A model generated the notes under the pieces. The model worked only from the letters and a program-made list of their open reading frames with translations, was not told the origin of the DNA and did not search any database. A program made the position numbers and the translations under genes. DNA of 63,936 bases, counting the filler, from an uncultured bacterium (GTDB lineage Bacteria; CAYJRR01), in NCBI GenBank assembly GCA_964372275.1. It is 3 parts of 3 records of this genome, joined end to end, with 100 filler letters (N's around TTAATTAATTAA, not from the genome) between each part and the next. Parts side by side here need not be neighbours in the genome. Positions count along the whole stretch, not along the records: positions 49,506 to 63,936 come from CAYJRR010000114.1; 2 more parts are not named here. One strand, 5' to 3'. Shown one piece after another: positions 58,779-63,936 of the stretch (the stretch's first letter is position 1; each line of letters starts with the position of its first letter).

Positions 58779-59195
58779 TTACTCGCCCCCGTGACGCTGG
58801 ATAAACTTGGTCCGGACGCCGACCTTGTGGGACGCGAGACGGAACGCCTCCTTGGCGGTCTCGACCGTTACCCCTTCCATCTCGAAGAGGACCCGCGCCG
58901 GCTTGATGTTCACCACCCACGCCTCGACCGGACCCTTGCCGTGCCCCATTCGGGTCTCGGCCGGCTTCTTGACGAGCGGCTTGTCGGGGAAGACCCGCAG
59001 CCACACCTTGCCGCCTCGCTTGATGAAGCGGGTCATCGCCACGCGGGCCGCCTCGAGCTGGCGCGCGGTGACCCGGCCGCGGCTGACCGCCTGGAGGGCG
59101 TACTCGCCGAAGGCGATCGAGTTCCCGCGCGTGGCCATGCCCGGGTTGCGACCCTTGCACTGCTTCCGCCACTTGGTTTTCGCCGGTGAGAGCAT
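58779..59195 (-). CDS. rplP: 50S ribosomal protein L16
   Basis: [26 protein letters not shown]. Confidence 0.97.
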   Translation of the reverse strand: MLSPAKTKWRKQCKGRNPGMATRGNSIAFGEYALQAVSRGRVTARQLEAARVAMTRFIKRGGKVWLRVFPDKPLVKKPAETRMGHGKGPVEAWVVNIKPARVLFEMEGVTVETAKEAFRLASHKVGVRTKFIQRHGGE

Positions 59196-59217
59196 GTTCG
59201 TCGTCCTGTCGAAAGCG

Positions 59218-59895
<678 letters not shown>

Positions 59896-59898
59896 CGC

Positions 59899-60393
59899 TT
59901 ACGCTCCTGCCTTCTTGGTCGTCTGGTCGGTCGTCGTCTTCTTCGCGGCGCCCGTCCCCGAGGCCGCTGCCGCACCTCTTCCCGCGCCCTTGGCCGCCTT
60001 CTTCGCAGCCGCTTTCGTCCCCGCCGGGGCCGCCTTCGCCTTCGCGGCGGTCCGTCCGGCACGCTCGTCGAGGACCACCGTGATCTGGCTGGTCCGCTTG
60101 AGGATCTGGTCGGCGCGGCCGCGCATGCGTGGGAGATAGCGCTTCAGCGACGGCCCGCCGTCGACCACGATCTTCTTCACGTAGAGCCGATCGATGTCGA
60201 GGTTCATGTTCTCCTTGGCGTTCGCCACCCCGGCGTTCAGGAGCTTGGTGAGCACCCGGGAGATGTGGACCTTCTTGTTGGAGCCCAGGATCCCCAGGGC
60301 CGCGGAGAGGTCCTTCCCCCGCACCAGGTCCACCACCGTCCGGAGCTTCCGGGGGGCGATCCGTACCCAACGCACGCTGGCTTTCGATTCCAT
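59899..60393 (-). CDS. rplV: 50S ribosomal protein L22 with Ala/Lys C-terminal extension
   Basis: RIAPRKLR, VDGGPSLKR..PRMRGRA..ILKRTS. Confidence 0.96.
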   Translation of the reverse strand: MESKASVRWVRIAPRKLRTVVDLVRGKDLSAALGILGSNKKVHISRVLTKLLNAGVANAKENMNLDIDRLYVKKIVVDGGPSLKRYLPRMRGRADQILKRTSQITVVLDERAGRTAAKAKAAPAGTKAAAKKAAKGAGRGAAAASGTGAAKKTTTDQTTKKAGA

Positions 60394-60410
60394 GGTCGTC
60401 CTCTAACCCG

Positions 60411-60725
60411 TTAGGTGGCGGCGGGGGCCGGCGCGGGGGCGCCGCCCGGTCCGGCCTTGGCCTTGCGGTCGCCGGAGTGGCCCTTGAAGGTGCGCGTCGC
60501 CGCGAACTCCCCGAGCTTGTGGCCGACCATGTTCTCGGTGACGAACACCGGGACGAACATCTTCCCGTTGTGCACCGCGAAGGTGTGACCGACGAAGTCG
60601 GGGCTGATCGTCGACCGCCGCGACCAGGTCTTCACCACCGCCTTCTTGTTGGCCTTGTTCATCTTCTCCACCTTTTCGATCAGGTGGTAGTCGATGAAAG
60701 GTCCCTTCTTCAGCGAACGCGCCAT
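60411..60725 (-). CDS. rpsS: 30S ribosomal protein S19
   Basis: [24 protein letters not shown]. Confidence 0.97.
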   Translation of the reverse strand: MARSLKKGPFIDYHLIEKVEKMNKANKKAVVKTWSRRSTISPDFVGHTFAVHNGKMFVPVFVTENMVGHKLGEFAATRTFKGHSGDRKAKAGPGGAPAPAPAAT

Positions 60726-60747
60726 GAACTCTCCTAGAGGATCTCGT

Positions 60748-61572
60748 TTACTTGCGGCGGTGGACGATGAACCGGTTGGTGGCCTTGTTGCGCCGCGTCT
60801 TGTAGCCCTTGGTCGGCTGGCCCCATGGCGAGACCGGGTGCGGGTTCCCCTGCCCCGCCTTCCCTTCGCCGCCGCCGTGCGGATGGTCGACCGGGTTCAT
60901 CACCACGCCGCGAACGGTGGGACGGATCCCCAGGTGGCGGGAGCGACCGGCCTTCCCGATCACCAGGTTCTCGTGCTCGGCGTTCCCCACCTCGCCCACC
61001 GTGGCTTGGCAGCGGAGCATCACCTTTCGGACCTCGTTGGAGGGGAGGCGCACCTGCGCGTAGCCGTCCTCCTTCGCCATCAGCTGCGCCGCGTTGCCGG
61101 CCGACCGCACCAGCTGCCCGCCCTTGCCGACTTTCAGCTCGACGTTGTGGATCATCGTGCCGAGCGGGATCTCCTCCAGCGGCAGGCTGTTGCCCGGACG
61201 CACGTCGACCCCCGGGCCGGAGACGACGGTGTCGCCCACCGACAGCCCCTTGGGGCAGAGGATGTAGCGCTTCTCCCCGTCCGCGTAGTGCAGGAGGGCG
61301 ATGCGGCAGGTGCGGTTCGGGTCGTATTCGATCGCCGCCACCTTCGCCGGGATCTTGTGTTTCCCGCGCTTGAAATCGACCACCCGGTAGAAGCGCCGCG
61401 CGCCCCCGCCCTGATGACGGTTGGTGATGCGCCCGTAGCTGTTTCGCCCCGCCGTCTTCTTGAGCGGCGCGAGGAGCGACTTCTCGGGACGGTCCTTCGT
61501 GATCTCCTCGAAGGTGTATCCGGTGCGGAATCGCTGGCCCGGGGTGACCGGACGGTAGGTGCGGACGCCCAT
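60748..61572 (-). CDS. rplB: 50S ribosomal protein L2
   Basis: [20 protein letters not shown]. Confidence 0.98.
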   Translation of the reverse strand: MGVRTYRPVTPGQRFRTGYTFEEITKDRPEKSLLAPLKKTAGRNSYGRITNRHQGGGARRFYRVVDFKRGKHKIPAKVAAIEYDPNRTCRIALLHYADGEKRYILCPKGLSVGDTVVSGPGVDVRPGNSLPLEEIPLGTMIHNVELKVGKGGQLVRSAGNAAQLMAKEDGYAQVRLPSNEVRKVMLRCQATVGEVGNAEHENLVIGKAGRSRHLGIRPTVRGVVMNPVDHPHGGGEGKAGQGNPHPVSPWGQPTKGYKTRRNKATNRFIVHRRK

Positions 61573-61578
61573 GGCTCT

Positions 61579-61866
61579 CTAGACCCCCTCGAAGAGGGCG
61601 ATCTTCTCGCCCTCGCGTAGTTGGACGTACGCCTTCTTGATGTTCGGCTTGCGTCCGACGTTCATGCCACGGCGGACCGTCTTCCCGCGGGAGACGGTGG
61701 TGCGAACCGACCGCACCTTCACGCCGAAGAGGTTCTCGACCGCCGCCTTGATCTCGTGCTTGTTCGCCGCGCGGTGGACCTCGAACAGGTAGACGTTCTG
61801 GCGCTCGTTGAGCGCGCGCGCCTTCTCCGTGTCCAGCGGTCGGCGGACGATCTCCTGGAACTTCAC
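61579..61866 (-). CDS. rplW: 50S ribosomal protein L23
   Basis: RRPLDTEK, ANKHEIKAAVENLFGVKV, KKAYVQL. Confidence 0.96.
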   Translation of the reverse strand: MKFQEIVRRPLDTEKARALNERQNVYLFEVHRAANKHEIKAAVENLFGVKVRSVRTTVSRGKTVRRGMNVGRKPNIKKAYVQLREGEKIALFEGV

Positions 61867-62507
61867 GACCGGCCTCCTTCGATCCTCTTCGCCACCGCGT
61901 CGACCGCGGGGCGGGTGAGCACCAACAGCTCGTGCTTCATCAGGTCGCGGACGTTCAGCCCCGCGACCGGGAGCACCTTCACCCGCGGGAGGTTGCGGAA
62001 CGACAGCTCCACCGGCTCGTTCCGCTCCGCGATCAACACCAGCGCCGAGCCCGAAACGCCGAGCGTCGAGAGGAGCTTCGCCGCCGTTTTGGTCGACGGC
62101 TTCGGCACCTCGAGCTTGTCGAGCACCCGCACCTTCCCCTCCTTGGCGCGGAGGCTCAATGCCGAGGCGAGCGCCCCGTTCCGGACCTTCCGCGGAACGT
62201 CGAAGGCGTAGTCGCGGGGGAGCGGCCCGAAGACGTTGCCGCCGTGCCGCCACTGCGGTTCGCGCGTCGACCCGTGCCGGGCATTGCCGGTGTGCTTCTG
62301 CTTCCACGGCTTCTTGCCGCCGCCCGAGACGTCGCTGCGCTTCTTGGTCGACGCCGTCCCGGCGCGGCTGTTCGCCTGCTGTTGCCGGACGACCTCCCAG
62401 AGGAGCTGCTTCCGGACCGGGGCGCCGAACGCGTGCGCCGGAAGCTCCACGGTTCCGACCGGCTTCTGGGTGTTCCCGTCGTAGATATCGATGGAGAGCT
62501 TGGCCAT
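61863..62507 (-). CDS. rplD: 50S ribosomal protein L4
   Basis: [25 protein letters not shown]. Confidence 0.97.
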   Translation of the reverse strand: MAKLSIDIYDGNTQKPVGTVELPAHAFGAPVRKQLLWEVVRQQQANSRAGTASTKKRSDVSGGGKKPWKQKHTGNARHGSTREPQWRHGGNVFGPLPRDYAFDVPRKVRNGALASALSLRAKEGKVRVLDKLEVPKPSTKTAAKLLSTLGVSGSALVLIAERNEPVELSFRNLPRVKVLPVAGLNVRDLMKHELLVLTRPAVDAVAKRIEGGRS

Positions 62508-62511
62508 GTCG

Positions 62512-63330
62512 TTACCCCTTCGTCTTCCTCTCCGCCTTCGACTTGTCGGCGGCCTTGGCGGCGGCCTTGGCCTCTTCCGCGGCCGCCTTCAGCGCCGCCT
62601 CGCGGCGCGCGACGGCCCCCATCGACTGCTGCTCCCCCGACCCTCCGCGACCGCCGGCCCCCTTGCCGCGGAAGCCGGTCGCCTGAACCGCCACCAGCGC
62701 TCGCTTGGCCCCCGGCGCCGGGCCGCGGACGAGGATCAGGTGGTTCTCGGCGTCGACCTGGACGACCTCGAGGTTGCGCACTGTCACCCGGCCGTTCCCC
62801 ATCTGGCCGCCCATGCGGATTCCGGGGAAGACGCGCGACGGGTCGGCGGAGGTGCCGATCGAGCCCGGGGCACGGTGGCTCATCGAGCCGTGGGTCTCCG
62901 GACCGCCGGCGAAGCCGTGACGGCGCACGACCCCTTGGAACCCCTTCCCCTTCGAGACACCGATCAGATCGACCCGCTGGCCCGGCGTGAATCCGGCCAC
63001 CGTGATCGATTGCCCGACCTGGAAGTCGTCGATCTTCTCCACGCGGAACTCGCGCAGGTGCTCGAACGCGGGGGTCCCCGCCTTGGCGAAGTGCCCGGCG
63101 ACCGGCTTGCCGGGCCAACTGTTCCGGCGCCGGCGCCCGTCGTTGTTCCGCTTCGCGCGCACTGCCTTGGGAAGGAAGCCGACCTGGATCGCGTCGTACC
63201 CCTCCTTTCCCTTCGTCTTCTTCTGCACGACGACGCAGGGGCCGGCCTCGATCACCGTGACCGGGATGCTCTCGCCGTCGCTGCCGAAGACGCGGGTCAT
63301 TCCGACCTTGCGTCCGAGAATGTGGGACAT
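62512..63330 (-). CDS. rplC: 50S ribosomal protein L3 with internal basic insert and C-terminal extension
   Basis: [31 protein letters not shown]. Confidence 0.97.
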   Translation of the reverse strand: MSHILGRKVGMTRVFGSDGESIPVTVIEAGPCVVVQKKTKGKEGYDAIQVGFLPKAVRAKRNNDGRRRRNSWPGKPVAGHFAKAGTPAFEHLREFRVEKIDDFQVGQSITVAGFTPGQRVDLIGVSKGKGFQGVVRRHGFAGGPETHGSMSHRAPGSIGTSADPSRVFPGIRMGGQMGNGRVTVRNLEVVQVDAENHLILVRGPAPGAKRALVAVQATGFRGKGAGGRGGSGEQQSMGAVARREAALKAAAEEAKAAAKAADKSKAERKTKG

Positions 63331-63401
63331 CGTCTACCTCCGAGAGGATCGGCCGCTGGAAGGAAGCGCCGATCGTCGGTCTATCGGTTCAATGGTTCCC
63401 G

Positions 63402-63719
63402 TTATGCGCCCACCGGTTTGATCGCCACGTCGACGCCGGCCGACAGGTCGAGCTTCATCAGCGCGTCCAGCGTCTCCTGCGTCGGCTCGAGGATGTCGAG
63501 CAGCCGCTTGTGCGTCCGGATCTCGAACTGCTCCCGCGACTTCTTGTCGATGTGCGGCGAGCGCAGGACGGTGTAGCGGCTGATCTTGGTCGGAAGAGGG
63601 ATCGGACCCGCGACCTTGGCGTTGGTGCGGGTGGCCGTGTCGGCGATCTCTCGCGCCGCCTGGTCGAGGAGCTTGTGGTCGTACGCCTTCAGGCGGATCC
63701 GGATCTTCTGGTTCGACAT
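63402..63719 (-). CDS. rpsJ: 30S ribosomal protein S10
   Basis: [32 protein letters not shown]. Confidence 0.98.
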   Translation of the reverse strand: MSNQKIRIRLKAYDHKLLDQAAREIADTATRTNAKVAGPIPLPTKISRYTVLRSPHIDKKSREQFEIRTHKRLLDILEPTQETLDALMKLDLSAGVDVAIKPVGA

Positions 63720-63760
63720 GGTTGTCTTCTCGATCTTTTCCTAACGAGTTGGCCGTACGA

Positions 63761-63819
63761 GCCCCCGCGTGGGGGCCACGTGAAAGCGCGCATTCTGCCG
63801 AAGTTGCGCGGCAATGCAA
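63761..63819 (-). promoter_or_regulatory. Putative S10-operon promoter and leader hairpin
   Basis: TTGCAT-16 nt-CAGAAT on the minus strand, then GCCCCC-ACGC-GGGGGC hairpin (63761-63776). Confidence 0.4.
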
Positions 63820-63865
63820 CCAGTTTTTCGATCGGAGCGGCCGGCGGCCACCCCCCGTCCGCGCG

Positions 63866-63936
63866 TCATGCCAGGATCTCCGAGACGACCCCGGCGCCGA
63901 CCGTCCGGCCGCCTTCCCGGATGGCGAAGCGGAGCT
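63866..63936 (-). CDS. tuf: Elongation factor Tu, C-terminal fragment
   Basis: [22 protein letters not shown]. Confidence 0.95.
   Translation of the reverse strand, partial: LRFAIREGGRTVGAGVVSEILA

Overview
Very GC-rich bacterial DNA, probably Myxococcota or Deltaproteobacteria-like (an inference from the MshEN/DUF4388 signalling protein, a DnaK paralog, and the secY-adk-map-rpmJ order without infA). The window is three contigs joined by artificial N-TTAATTAATTAA-N linkers (24736-24835 and 49406-49505), with an Illumina adapter remnant at 1-49. Contig 1 carries thrC-like, DUF4286-like, dinG, bamB-like and yfgM-like genes. It then has a tightly coupled minus-strand cluster: two GlmU-like left-handed beta-helix proteins, a GT2, a GH3 acyl-amido synthetase, an exported UxxC selenoprotein redoxin (in-frame TGA plus SECIS-like hairpin), a stand-alone DsbD N-domain, a HAD phosphatase and a second GT2. 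After that come a lipase-like lipoprotein, a STAND ATPase-wHTH regulator, an MshEN-REC-degenerate HD-GYP-REC-DUF4388 protein and split methylmalonyl-CoA mutase genes. Contig 2 has an OPT transporter, archaemetzincin, methionine salvage genes (aminotransferase, RuBisCO-like mtnW, mtnB, mtnD), an HTTM gene pair, fabL, oppDF, purA, serA, a class V aminotransferase and a DnaK paralog. Contig 3 is the tuf-S10-spc ribosomal cluster, which ends at rpsM with no rpsK after it, and several of its proteins have long Lys/Ala tails. The best candidates for undescribed biology are the GlmU-like/GT2/GH3 cluster and its embedded selenoprotein-DsbD module. All calls come from motif recognition by eye; no database searches were run.
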